This document shows positions 1 to 8,925 of a stretch of 64,000 nucleotides of DNA, one piece after another. The notes beneath the pieces are model-generated. The model had not been told where the DNA came from. It made no database searches and saw only the letters and a program-made list of their open reading frames with translations. Both the position numbers and the translations under genes were made by a program. The stretch lies in the NCBI GenBank assembly GCA_045533675.1, contig JAZSIF010000058.1:2119-66118 (forward strand), read 5' to 3'. This DNA comes from Eubacteriales bacterium. Lineage in GTDB: Bacteria; Bacillota; Clostridia; Oscillospirales; CAG-272. The stretch's first letter is position 1. Each line of letters starts with the position of its first letter.

Positions 1-10
1 CCGTGTCACC

Positions 11-697
11 GTGATCGTTGCCGTTGTACTGGTCGCCGCCCTGACGCTCATCATCGGCATCACTGTTGCCACCAACCGTTCCAAGAAAAACGAGCTTCCT
101 CTACCCGATGACACAACCCCCTCCACGGACACGCCCGCAGACACCGAGCACAATGAGCCCGAAGACACGAAGCCCACAAAGCCCTCCGACACCCAGCCCC
201 AAAAGCCTGCCGACACGTCGGTTTCGGTAGACGATTCCCTCCCCTCCTTCGTGCTTCCGGTCAGCGGTGTTCTCTCCAAAAAGCACGACCCCGAGCTTCA
301 GGTTTATTCCGTAACCATGAATGATTACCGCGCCCACATCGGCGTAGATATCGTTACCGAAAAGAACGCGCCTGTCTATGCTGCCGCCGATGGCACCGTG
401 CAGAAGATCTGGAAGGACGTTCTCATGGGCTACTGTATCGCCGTACAACATAACGGCGACTGCCTGACTGTCTACAAGAATTTGGCGGAGACCCTGCCCG
501 ACGGCATCGCCGAAGGTGTTAAGGTGCGCTCGGGTCAGCTTATCGCCTCGGTTGGTGAAAGCGCCATGGTGGAGGTTGCCGAGGAACCCCATCTCCACTT
601 CGAAATGACCATTGAGGATTTGGCAGTAGACCCACTGGAGTATTTCAATGAAAAAGCCCTGGAGTCCCTGTCCATTGACGCGTCTTACGGGGAGTAA
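11..697 (+). CDS. M23 family metallopeptidase with N-terminal membrane anchor and Pro/Thr/Asp-rich linker (5' end may lie at or before the window edge)
   Basis: 228-aa ORF. C-terminal LytM/M23 signature HIGVDI ... EEPHLHFEM. Hydrophobic N-terminus IVAVVLVAALTLIIGITVA. GTG start at 11, with the frame open back to position 2. Confidence 0.8.
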   Translation: MIVAVVLVAALTLIIGITVATNRSKKNELPLPDDTTPSTDTPADTEHNEPEDTKPTKPSDTQPQKPADTSVSVDDSLPSFVLPVSGVLSKKHDPELQVYSVTMNDYRAHIGVDIVTEKNAPVYAAADGTVQKIWKDVLMGYCIAVQHNGDCLTVYKNLAETLPDGIAEGVKVRSGQLIASVGESAMVEVAEEPHLHFEMTIEDLAVDPLEYFNEKALESLSIDASYGE

Positions 698-698
698 T

Positions 699-985
699 GG
701 TTAGTTTAAGAAAAGGATTTTGACACTTTTGAAAAAGCTTGACAAAACTTTTATACAAAATTTTGTCTTATATCGCCTTTCTTGATTTAGTGTATCCTTT
801 ACCAATATTATTCTTTTCCAAGGAAGAAACCCGTCGGTGGCGAAGCAGCCATCCGACGGGTTTCTTCTTTAGAGAAAAACTTTAAGTTACACGGTACACC
901 ACATGTAGAACGCAATGTAAGAAAAAGCAAAAATTTGTATAAAAGTTTTGCCAAGCTTTTTTCAAAAAGCGACCCGCATCCCCAA
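699..985. repeat. Nested-palindrome intergenic repeat element, full copy 1
   Basis: Left arm 699-825 and right arm 865-985 are imperfect reverse complements (TTTTGAAAAAGCTTGACAAAACTTTTATACAAAATTT vs AAATTTGTATAAAAGTTTTGCCAAGCTTTTTTCAAAAA). They flank hairpin 826-864 (GAAACCCGTCGG-N15-CCGACGGGTTTC). The element fills the gap between convergent CDS ends at 697 and 1027. Confidence 0.8.
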
Positions 986-1026
986 TGTCATTAAGTTCAG
1001 AGAGGGGGCTTGATAATAAGATTTTC

Positions 1027-2475
1027 TTATTCCTCGGTAGGCTTTTCGGCGTTCTTCTTCGCCTTCTTTTTCTTGCCTACCTTGACGGCTGCCACGACAA
1101 TGCCCGACAGCGCGAACAGTGCCAGTACGTTGGGGATGACCATCAGGTTGTTGAACATATCGGTCAGCTCCCAAACCAGATCGTTGGGGAACATAGAGCC
1201 AAGGAAGATGAAGCCGATCGCCAGCACGGAGTAAACCGCGGTAGCCACCTTCTGTTTTTTACCAAACATATACTGAATGTTCTGTTTACCGAAGAAATTC
1301 CAACCAATGATGGTGGTAAAAGCGAAGAAGGTCAAGCATACGGCAATGGTAATATTACCGAAGATCGAACTGCCGAACGCAGTACCCACAGCGGTCTGCA
1401 TCAGGTTTGCCTTGGTCAGAGTGGTAGCGGCAAGGCCCTCTGCCGTACCGAGAGGTCCGTTTGCGTACAGGGTGGAAATGACCACCAGAGCGGTAATGGT
1501 GAGAACCACGAAGGTATCGATGAACACACCGACCATGGCAACCACACCCTGATCGTGAGGCTTCTCGACCTTTGCCTGCGCGTGTGCGTGAGGCGTCGAA
1601 CCCATACCCGCCTCGTTGGAGAAGAGTCCGCGCTTCGCGCCCTGGCTGATCGCCGCCTTGATTGCCGCACCGAACGCGCCGCCGAGAAGTGCCTGAGGAA
1701 CAAAGGCAAACTTAAAGATCATACCGAAGGTTGCGGGAATTGCCTTGAAGTTGATTCCAAGAACCACAAGACCCAAGAGGAGATAAACCACTGCCATAAT
1801 GGGAACGATCTTCTCGGCAACCGACGCGATTCTCTGTACGCCGCCCAGGAAAATGAAGGCGCAGATCGCAGCCAGCACCAGTCCGATGACCCAAGTGGGA
1901 ACTAAGCCCGAAGAAGCGGTGCTGATCGACTCGGAAATCGAGTTGGACTGAACCATGGCACCCATGAAGCCGAGAGCAAGAGTAATGGCAACAGCAAAGA
2001 AGCCTGCCAATGCCTTACCGAATTTGCCCTTGAAGGCACGGCGAATGTAGTACACGGGACCGCCGAGCACCGAGCCGTCCTCTTTGACGATTTTGGTCTC
2101 TTGTGCCAGCGTTGCCTCGGCGTAGATGGTTGCCATGCCGAAGAACGCAATAATCCACATCCAGAAAATGGCACCGGGTCCACCGATCAGGATTGCGCCG
2201 CAGGCACCGACGATGTTACCCGTACCGACCTGAGCGGCAATGGCGGTTGCCAGCGCCTGGAAGGACGAAAGTCCTCCCTTTTGCTTTCCTCCGCGGAGAG
2301 ACAGATTTCCAAACACCTTCTTCATGCCCTCGCCGAAACAGCGAATCTGCACGAAGCGGGTACGAATGGTGTAAAAGAGTCCTACACCCACCAAAAGGAT
2401 GAGCAGGATGTAGTCAGAAAGATACGCGTTGATCTTCTGAACAATGGGGAGCAAAAAGTCTGTTACTGCTTGCAT
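1027..2475 (-). CDS. Alanine/glycine:cation symporter (AGCS family)
   Basis: Translation from MQAVTDFLLPIVQKINAYLSDYILLILLVGVGLFYTIRTRFVQIRCFGEG is typical of the AGCS N-terminus and is polytopic throughout. ATG at 2475 is preceded by GGAGGG. I discard the 49 upstream codons of the track ORF. Confidence 0.9.
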   Translation of the reverse strand: MQAVTDFLLPIVQKINAYLSDYILLILLVGVGLFYTIRTRFVQIRCFGEGMKKVFGNLSLRGGKQKGGLSSFQALATAIAAQVGTGNIVGACGAILIGGPGAIFWMWIIAFFGMATIYAEATLAQETKIVKEDGSVLGGPVYYIRRAFKGKFGKALAGFFAVAITLALGFMGAMVQSNSISESISTASSGLVPTWVIGLVLAAICAFIFLGGVQRIASVAEKIVPIMAVVYLLLGLVVLGINFKAIPATFGMIFKFAFVPQALLGGAFGAAIKAAISQGAKRGLFSNEAGMGSTPHAHAQAKVEKPHDQGVVAMVGVFIDTFVVLTITALVVISTLYANGPLGTAEGLAATTLTKANLMQTAVGTAFGSSIFGNITIAVCLTFFAFTTIIGWNFFGKQNIQYMFGKKQKVATAVYSVLAIGFIFLGSMFPNDLVWELTDMFNNLMVIPNVLALFALSGIVVAAVKVGKKKKAKKNAEKPTEE

Positions 2476-2526
2476 AGAAGAGAACCCTCCTTGCCGCGCA
2501 CGGCGGCGATGAAATAAAATGAAAAC

Positions 2527-2690
2527 AAAAAAACCACTGAAAACATCAGTGGCTCCAAAGAGAAAACAATCGACGCCTTTTCTTGACGTCTCCTCTGTCC
2601 TTTTGCCTGAGAGATTCGGCATTTCTGCAAACGCCTTGCACCTTCGGCACTCTTACGAGATTCTCCAGAGCCCCTCCGCCTCCTGTTTCT
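2527..2690 (-). promoter_or_regulatory. Glycine riboswitch (single aptamer visible) with terminator expression platform, in the 5' leader of the AGCS symporter
   Basis: The minus strand reads CTCTGGAGAA (2661-2670), GCCGAAGGTGCAA (2636-2648) and CTCTCAGGCAAAAGGAC (2597-2613), the conserved glycine-aptamer core strings. A hairpin CCACTGATGTTTTCAGTGG (2534-2552) plus U7 (2527-2533) follows, upstream of the RBS. The gene context (Gly/Ala transporter) fits. Confidence 0.7.
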
Positions 2691-2879
2691 TGCGATCCAA
2701 AAGGCTTCAACGGTTTTCATATTTATGAAATTATTTTATCACACATTTCGACAAATTGCAATACATATTTTTTATAAAAAATACACATATTGATCACAGA
2801 TATTTGTGAACATTTCACAAACAATTTGTTATCTTTTTCCGTAATGTAAAAGAAAAGTCAAGTCTTTTCCCGAATTTAA

Positions 2880-2908
2880 TTGACAAACCCCTATCTTCGT
2901 GATATAAT
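2880..2908 (+). promoter_or_regulatory. Sigma-A type promoter of asnS
   Basis: TTGACA (2880-2885), 17-nt spacer, TATAAT (2903-2908), 49 nt upstream of the ATG at 2957. Confidence 0.6.
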
Positions 2909-2956
2909 AAACTATTGAATGAATTTCCGAAAACAGGAAAGGAACGGTTCGAAAAA

Positions 2957-4351
2957 ATGAAAAGAGATTTTGTAAGATCCATGTATGAAAATCCCGAGGC
3001 CTTTGGCGGCAAGACCGTCACCGTGGGCGGATGGGTCCGCAATCTGCGCGACAGTAAGGCATTCGGCTTTATCGACCTGAACGACGGCTCCTGCTTCAAG
3101 AGCATTCAGGTAGTATTTGAGCGTGAAAAGATCGCGAATTACGACGAGATCGCCCGTCAGAACGTAGGGGCATCCTTGATCGTGAAGGGCGTCATCGAGC
3201 TGACCCCAGGTATGAAGCAGCCCTTTGAGCTGAAAGCCACCGAAATCGCCATAGAGGGCACCTCGACTCCCGAATATCCCCTCCAGCCCAAGCGCCACTC
3301 GGTGGAATTTCTCCGCGAGCAGGCATATCTGCGTCCGAGAACCAATCTGTTCTCTGCCGCGTTCCGTGTTCGCAGTGAAGCGGCATTCGCCATTCACAAA
3401 TTTTTCCACGACCGTGGATTCGTTTACGTGCACACTCCTCTGATCACCGCCTCCGACTGCGAGGGCGCGGGTGAGATGTTCCGTGTGACCACCCTCGATC
3501 TGGACAACCCGCCCCGCAAGGAAGACGGCTCTATTGATTTCTCTCAGGACTTCTTCGGAAAGTCCGCCAACCTGACCGTTTCGGGTCAGCTGGAGGGCGA
3601 GACCTTTGCTCTCGCTTACGGAAAAATCTATACCTTCGGTCCGACCTTCCGTGCCGAGAACTCCAATACCGCCCGCCACGCGGCAGAGTTCTGGATGATC
3701 GAGCCTGAGATCGCCTTTGCCGATCTGGACGACAACATGGCACTGGCTTGGGATATGATCCAATATATTATCCGTCACGTCATGGAGACCTGTCCTCAGG
3801 AGATCGACTTCTTCAACAGCTTTGTGGAAAAGGGTCTCAAGGACCGTCTGACTACCCTCGCCAACAGCGAATACAAAAAGGTGACCTACACCGAGGCAGT
3901 GGACATTCTTCAAAAGAGCGGTGCCGACTTCAAATACCCCGTAGAGTGGGGCATCGATCTCCAGACCGAGCACGAGCGCTACCTGACCGAGCAGGTATTT
4001 AAGTGCCCCATCTTCGTGGTGGATTATCCCAAGGAGATCAAGGCGTTCTATATGCGCCTCAACGACGACGGAAAAACCGTTGCCGCCATGGACCTTCTCG
4101 TTCCCGGTGTGGGCGAGATCATCGGCGGCTCTCAGCGTGAGGAAAGAATCGACGTGCTCACCGCAAGAATGGCGGAGTGCGGTCTGAATGAAGAGGACTA
4201 CTGGTGGTATCTGAATCTCCGTCGCTACGGCGGCACTAAGCACGCGGGCTACGGTCTCGGATTTGAGCGCATCATTATGTACCTGACCGGTATTTCCAAC
4301 ATCCGTGATACCATCCCCTACCCCAGAACGGTTGGCAACGCGGAGTATTGA
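2957..4351 (+). CDS. asnS: Asparagine--tRNA ligase
   Basis: 464 aa from [13 protein letters not shown]-terminal OB-fold motif [21 protein letters not shown]. Class II motifs [21 protein letters not shown] and [28 protein letters not shown] lies upstream. Confidence 0.93.
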   Translation: MKRDFVRSMYENPEAFGGKTVTVGGWVRNLRDSKAFGFIDLNDGSCFKSIQVVFEREKIANYDEIARQNVGASLIVKGVIELTPGMKQPFELKATEIAIEGTSTPEYPLQPKRHSVEFLREQAYLRPRTNLFSAAFRVRSEAAFAIHKFFHDRGFVYVHTPLITASDCEGAGEMFRVTTLDLDNPPRKEDGSIDFSQDFFGKSANLTVSGQLEGETFALAYGKIYTFGPTFRAENSNTARHAAEFWMIEPEIAFADLDDNMALAWDMIQYIIRHVMETCPQEIDFFNSFVEKGLKDRLTTLANSEYKKVTYTEAVDILQKSGADFKYPVEWGIDLQTEHERYLTEQVFKCPIFVVDYPKEIKAFYMRLNDDGKTVAAMDLLVPGVGEIIGGSQREERIDVLTARMAECGLNEEDYWWYLNLRRYGGTKHAGYGLGFERIIMYLTGISNIRDTIPYPRTVGNAEY

Positions 4352-4722
4352 GTTAGGGAAGTTAGTTGAGAAAAGGATTTTTGGTCGCTTTTTGAAAAAA
4401 GCTCCGCAAAACTTTCATACAATGATTTTGCTTATATCACCTTTCTTGATTTGGTGTACCGTGTAAGATGATTGTTCTTTTTCAAGGTAGAAACCCGTCG
4501 GACGGCTGCTGCGCCACCGACGGGTTTCTATTCTTTTAGTTAAATTCAGAAATCCGTCGGGACGCAGCAGGGTCCGACGGATTTCTTCCTTAGAGAAAAA
4601 TATTCAGTTATACGGTACACCAAGTGTAGGACGTGATGTAAAACAAGCCATAAATTGTAAGAAAGTTTTGCCGCGCTTTTTCAAAAGCGGCCAAAAATCC
4701 TTTTCTTAACTAACTCCCCACC
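4352..4722. repeat. Nested-palindrome intergenic repeat element, full copy 2 (two central hairpins)
   Basis: Starts right after the asnS TGA with GTTAGGGAAGTTAGTTGAGAAAAGGATTTTT and ends CCAAAAATCCTTTTCTTAACTAAC just before the stop of the 4725 gene. Hairpins at 4490-4528 and 4549-4585. The arms are reverse-complementary to each other and homologous to copies 1, 3 and 4. Confidence 0.85.
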
Positions 4723-4724
4723 CA

Positions 4725-5834
4725 CTATTTCTTCTTCACCGTATACTTCTTATAGGTAGATTTCGCTCTGGCGCTTTGCTTGACCATGAGACCCAAGAGC
4801 TTGATCATATGGGATCGGGTAGTAGAATCCATGGTCCCCCAAATTTTGAGCAGCTTGATCTTTTCAATATTCAGGTCGGTCAGCGTTTTGGCTCCCGTCG
4901 CCATGATTGTCTCATAGAGGGAGTCTACAAACCTTTCCCGTTCGGCGGGCTTCATGCTCTTCATAAAGTCCTTGATGGCGGTATCGATCTGTCGGCTCTC
5001 CTCGCTGATGGTATCTAAATGGATAAAACGATTGCCAAGCACCTCCCAGGAAAAGGCATTGTGTTGCCATAAACCTTTTTCCGTACTTCTTATAACCTCA
5101 TAGCCTTCCTCATGCTCCAACAGGAGCCCCACGACCGATGATTGAGGCACAAAGGTACGGATCTTCCCTTTCATTTCCTTATATTCGGCGCTCCTAATAA
5201 ACTTCGAGTCGAAACCGGGGCCATCGTTGTTGTAGACCGCCGCAATACGGCTCTTTAATTCCTTGCGGCATTTGACGGCGGCATATACCGCAAGATTGCC
5301 GCCTTTGCTATGACCGCACAAGGTAAAAGCTCCCGTCTTCGCCTCTGCCATCCGTTCAAAGTAGGCAACCGCCTCTCGCTGGGCGGGCACGGGCTGCATA
5401 TAGCTCATATTAAAGTCCTCTTTCCAGCCCACAAGGGTATCGTCGGTCCCCCGGTATGCCAGAAAATAACGATCTTTGGATGAGAAAAAGGAAACGGCAC
5501 TGAATTGCAGCTCATCCTTCTGATTGATCCGATTTACGTATCCAAACAGCGACAACGCACCAAAACGGCGTGTTTTTGCCGCACGTACCATAAGGGTCAG
5601 CGTCTCGGGGGGCAGAATTTTTCCAAGATATGCTTTTTCCCCCTTATGGGCGCGCAGGTAGGTGCGGACAGCATCCATCATGGGGACACCTTCGGCATTT
5701 GGGTCGGAGGAAACGATTCCATCCAAATTCACGTAGCTGATTTGGGAAAGGATCAGCGCGTCCACCTCGTTCATAGGCGAGGCATCAAAGCTGAGATCTC
5801 CTCTCCATTCTAAATAATCAAAGAGATTGGTCAT
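4725..5834 (-). CDS. DUF2974 (Mbeg1-like) alpha/beta-hydrolase family protein
   Basis: 369 aa. Nucleophile-elbow motif CGHSKGGNLAVYAA. N-terminal DYLEWRGDLSF is characteristic of DUF2974, recalled from memory. Confidence 0.7.
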   Translation of the reverse strand: MTNLFDYLEWRGDLSFDASPMNEVDALILSQISYVNLDGIVSSDPNAEGVPMMDAVRTYLRAHKGEKAYLGKILPPETLTLMVRAAKTRRFGALSLFGYVNRINQKDELQFSAVSFFSSKDRYFLAYRGTDDTLVGWKEDFNMSYMQPVPAQREAVAYFERMAEAKTGAFTLCGHSKGGNLAVYAAVKCRKELKSRIAAVYNNDGPGFDSKFIRSAEYKEMKGKIRTFVPQSSVVGLLLEHEEGYEVIRSTEKGLWQHNAFSWEVLGNRFIHLDTISEESRQIDTAIKDFMKSMKPAERERFVDSLYETIMATGAKTLTDLNIEKIKLLKIWGTMDSTTRSHMIKLLGLMVKQSARAKSTYKKYTVKKK

Positions 5835-5850
5835 GGATTCTCCTTATCTG

Positions 5851-6045
5851 TCAGATCTGTTTATGTACACTTTTGTATTCATCGTAATAGCGGTAATAGG
5901 GGCAGGAACGGGTATTCCCTCCGAGGAAATTGATCATCTCATCCTCGTCCAAACGAATGTCGCAAACATAAGCATCCAAATATTCGTCGTAGTCGTAAAA
6001 TTCGCAGGTCTCGCAAGTGCCGCCCTGCGGCTTTTTCTTTTCCAT
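5851..6045 (-). CDS. Small Cys-containing acidic protein (DUF6472-like), function unknown
   Basis: 64 aa with CETCEFYDYDEY ... CDIRLDEDE ... SCPYYRYYDEY. Tightly packed between ruvX and the DUF2974 gene on the same strand. Confidence 0.55.
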   Translation of the reverse strand: MEKKKPQGGTCETCEFYDYDEYLDAYVCDIRLDEDEMINFLGGNTRSCPYYRYYDEYKSVHKQI

Positions 6046-6055
6046 GGTTTCTCCT

Positions 6056-6502
6056 TTATTTGGATTGATATTTTAATCGATCCAGACAATTCTGTAAAAT
6101 GATCTGTGCCGAGAGGGTGTCAATGACTCCCTTTCTCTTTTTTCCTCGGGTACCCGTCTCGTTCAGGTATCGCGCGGCATTCATCGTGCTCATGCGCTCG
6201 TCGAACATGGCGACGGGCAGTCCCGTCCGCTCCTCTAACATCCACGCAAATTTACGGCAGCGGTCGGCTCTCTGTCCTTGACTTCCGTCCATATTCACGG
6301 GAAGCCCCACCACAAGGGCGACCACGCCCTGCTCACGGGCGATTTCTGCCACCGCATCAGCAGTCTTTTCGATGCCGCCGGGGCTCACCATACCAATACC
6401 CGACGCCAAAAGACGGGAGGGATCACTGACCGCCAGTCCCGTACGGGCATCTCCAAAATCCACACCGAGGATCTTTCCTTTGGTTTTTAACAATCGTTCC
6501 AT
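6056..6502 (-). CDS. ruvX: Holliday junction resolvase-like protein RuvX (YqgF)
   Basis: 148 aa. N-terminal ILGVDFGDARTGLAVSD and VVGLPVNMDGS motifs of the YqgF family. Confidence 0.9.
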   Translation of the reverse strand: MERLLKTKGKILGVDFGDARTGLAVSDPSRLLASGIGMVSPGGIEKTADAVAEIAREQGVVALVVGLPVNMDGSQGQRADRCRKFAWMLEERTGLPVAMFDERMSTMNAARYLNETGTRGKKRKGVIDTLSAQIILQNCLDRLKYQSK

Positions 6503-6514
6503 CCGAATTTCCCT

Positions 6515-7702
6515 TTATTTCTTATCATGATATGCAAGTGCCAAAAAAAGGAGCGTGTCCTTTTGGTTTTTCGAGGGGTCCTCCAAAACCTTAGAAAGCA
6601 GCCAGTCGAGAGTCTTTCCCACCAGTCGGGGTTCAATTCCCGCGGCGATCAGCTCTCTGCCTCCCACCGAAAGCTCCGAGAGGGTGCAGGGGCTTCGGTT
6701 GTTCTCGACCCAGCCCACCGCTTCCGATGGCGACACCCCCAAAAGCACGGAAACACGGACACCGAAGGGAGCATAGATTCCGCAATCGGCAATGAGATGC
6801 CTGGCATCCGCCTCGGACCGAACCGATCTCCGAGCGGCACGGCAAACGGAAGAAAGACCGGTGATCTGCTTATTGGAGAGCCGAAGCGTTCTGGCAATGC
6901 TTGCGGCACGGTTGGGCTCGGCATCGGCAAAGAAAAGTCCTAATCTCTCCTCCTCCACGGGTCGGCTCTTTCCGAGAGCCGCAAGAATAGATTCCGAGGG
7001 GCAATAGTCCCCTGTTACGTAGGGCAGTACACCGTATTCGATCATCTGCCGAAGCGCCATCGGCGCGTCCTTTGCGCAAATCAGACGAAGAAATTCCGAT
7101 GCGATGCGCTCTGTGGCGATTTTAGAAAGTCCATCCTTTGTTTGAGCAATTCCCGAAAGCGTTTTATCCTCAATAGAAAATCCGAGCTGCGCCGAAAAGC
7201 GGAATGCCCTCATAATGCGCAATGCATCCTCCGAAAACCGTAAAACGGGCTCACGAACCGCGCGAAGAACTCCCCGCTTAAGGTCTTCTCTGCCCCCAAA
7301 AGGATCGCAAATACCTTTCTTCGGATGGTATGCCATGGCATTCACTGTAAAATCCCGTCTGGCAAGATCCTCCCCAATTCTTGGAGTAAAGATTACATCG
7401 TCGGGATGTCTTCCGTCAGTATAGTCGCCATCCACACGAAAGGTGGTAATCTCGACGGGCTCGCCGTTGGCAATAACGGTAACTGTTCCGTGAGCAAGTC
7501 CCGTAGCAATTACACGATATCCCCCCAGAATTTCCATAGTCCTCTCGGGGATAGAGGATACGGCGAGATCAAAATCGTTGGGAGAAAAGCCCAAAAGGGT
7601 ATCCCTAAGACTCCCTCCCACAAGATAGACTTCCTCGCCCGCCGTTTCCAGCTTGTTCATGAGGGCAAGAATATGGGGCGGCAGAGAAATGATATGGCGC
7701 AT
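6515..7702 (-). CDS. cca: CCA-adding tRNA nucleotidyltransferase / poly(A) polymerase family protein
   Basis: 395 aa. Head-domain motifs VYLVGGSLRDTLLG, DFDLAV, RRDFTVNAMAY. Confidence 0.85.
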   Translation of the reverse strand: MRHIISLPPHILALMNKLETAGEEVYLVGGSLRDTLLGFSPNDFDLAVSSIPERTMEILGGYRVIATGLAHGTVTVIANGEPVEITTFRVDGDYTDGRHPDDVIFTPRIGEDLARRDFTVNAMAYHPKKGICDPFGGREDLKRGVLRAVREPVLRFSEDALRIMRAFRFSAQLGFSIEDKTLSGIAQTKDGLSKIATERIASEFLRLICAKDAPMALRQMIEYGVLPYVTGDYCPSESILAALGKSRPVEEERLGLFFADAEPNRAASIARTLRLSNKQITGLSSVCRAARRSVRSEADARHLIADCGIYAPFGVRVSVLLGVSPSEAVGWVENNRSPCTLSELSVGGRELIAAGIEPRLVGKTLDWLLSKVLEDPSKNQKDTLLFLALAYHDKK

Positions 7703-7736
7703 GATCTCACCTCGCTTCGTTCGGAATTTGGGATTT

Positions 7737-8180
7737 TTACTTTCTGACCTTCATGACTGCCTTTTGGGCAACCGAAGGAGTACCGTTTACGGCACAGCCG
7801 GGATGGTGTGCCTCCACGGTATCGAGAATGACACACTCACCCGTGGAGAAATCCACTACCTCTGCCTCGTCGTAATCGTAAAAAATCACGTCCTCCCGCG
7901 GATCGTATTCGGTGACGGCAGTAAGGGTGTTTCGGTCGATATAATAGATCCGCTCGTCGCCCTCAATCAGGCACTGCACGTCAATGTAGAGATCGTGCGC
8001 CTCGGCACGCTTCTCCTCACGGGGCTTGATGGTGGCATCCATCACATTGACAAAGCAGAAATCTCCAAAAGGATATTTGTCATTGGGCGTGTCCTTCGTA
8101 ATACTCTCCACAAATGCGACCGCTTCAGCAGGCACATTCACGTACTTACCGATTTCCCGAAAATTCGTTAACTTTTTCAT
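7737..8180 (-). CDS. YhcH/YjgK/YiaL (EbgC-like, DUF386) family protein
   Basis: Start chosen at MKKLTNFREIGKYV, where the ATG at 8180 is preceded by GAGGAGGAG. Size (147 aa) and sequence resemble the beta-sandwich DUF386 family. Confidence 0.65.
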   Translation of the reverse strand: MKKLTNFREIGKYVNVPAEAVAFVESITKDTPNDKYPFGDFCFVNVMDATIKPREEKRAEAHDLYIDVQCLIEGDERIYYIDRNTLTAVTEYDPREDVIFYDYDEAEVVDFSTGECVILDTVEAHHPGCAVNGTPSVAQKAVMKVRK

Positions 8181-8208
8181 AACAGCTCTCCTCCTCTCTA
8201 TTAATTTC

Positions 8209-8860
8209 TTATGAGTTTCTTTTTTGGAATCGTCGATCAGTCCTAAGGCAACCACCGATCCCTGATAAAAGGGTCATGTTCTCCGCAAAGAAGATCATGC
8301 CATAGATCGTTCCCGCCATGGGCTTACGATGCCGAGGGCAGATGCCGTTCCCGCAGGGAGCGTCTTCATGGCGATTTTGTAAACAAAATACGGCATCATG
8401 GCGGTAATAAGTTCCATGGTACAAAGTAAAATCACTCCCCACCACGGCAACGCTCCCATCTGAGAGGGAATTGAGAGGGGATTAGCAAAGCAAACATCAC
8501 CATAAATAAAAAGGAATAGTAGGTAGTGGTCAGGGGGCGGTACTGTCGATCCATAGCGACCTTAGCGAGAATGGTATAGGCGGCATAGGACCCCGCCGCC
8601 GTGGCGATTGAGGTCTGCTGGATGGCGGCATAGTAAAATGCCGATGCGCCGAACATGGTGGCTCCGAGGAAGAAATAAAGCAAATGCTCACGTTTGCTAA
8701 TACGGAAAAGAGAGCGATCTTTGAAGAGCAGAAATACACTCAAAAAGCAGAGTCCCGCCAAACCGCGAAAGAGAGTCAGAACGCCCGACGACACGCCGAA
8801 GGGGGAAAGAAGCTTGACGAAAATCCCCGATGTCCCCCACATCAGCCCCGCTAAGATCAC
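8209..8860 (-). pseudogene. Degraded EamA/DMT-family transporter gene (internal deletion plus at least 2 frameshifts)
   Basis: Frame 1 gives MILAGLMWGTSGIFVKLL ... YYAAIQQTSIATAA, then jumps straight to second-half sequence YAAYTILAKV and stops at 8432. Later EamA-like segments (MPYFVYKIAMKTLPAGTASALGIV; PMAGTIYGMIFFAENMTLLSGIGG) lie in two other frames. Confidence 0.55.
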
Positions 8861-8925
8861 TAAGAAAAAGCTTTTTTATTCATGACGTTTTGTTTCCTTG
8901 GTATTACGTTACCCTGCGTGTGTTT

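Noticed and set aside
985-1905. 306-aa plus-strand ORF opposite the AGCS symporter
   Set aside because: It is antisense to a clear polytopic transporter gene. It begins inside the intergenic repeat element and has an Arg/Gly/His-rich nonsense composition.
2912-4243. 443-aa minus-strand ORF opposite asnS
   Set aside because: It is antisense to an unambiguous AsnRS gene and has no recognisable motif. It is a shadow ORF.
6628-6645. tRNA T-arm-like string GGGGTTCAATTCCCGCGG
   Set aside because: It lies inside the cca coding frame. No acceptor, D or anticodon arms can be drawn around it.
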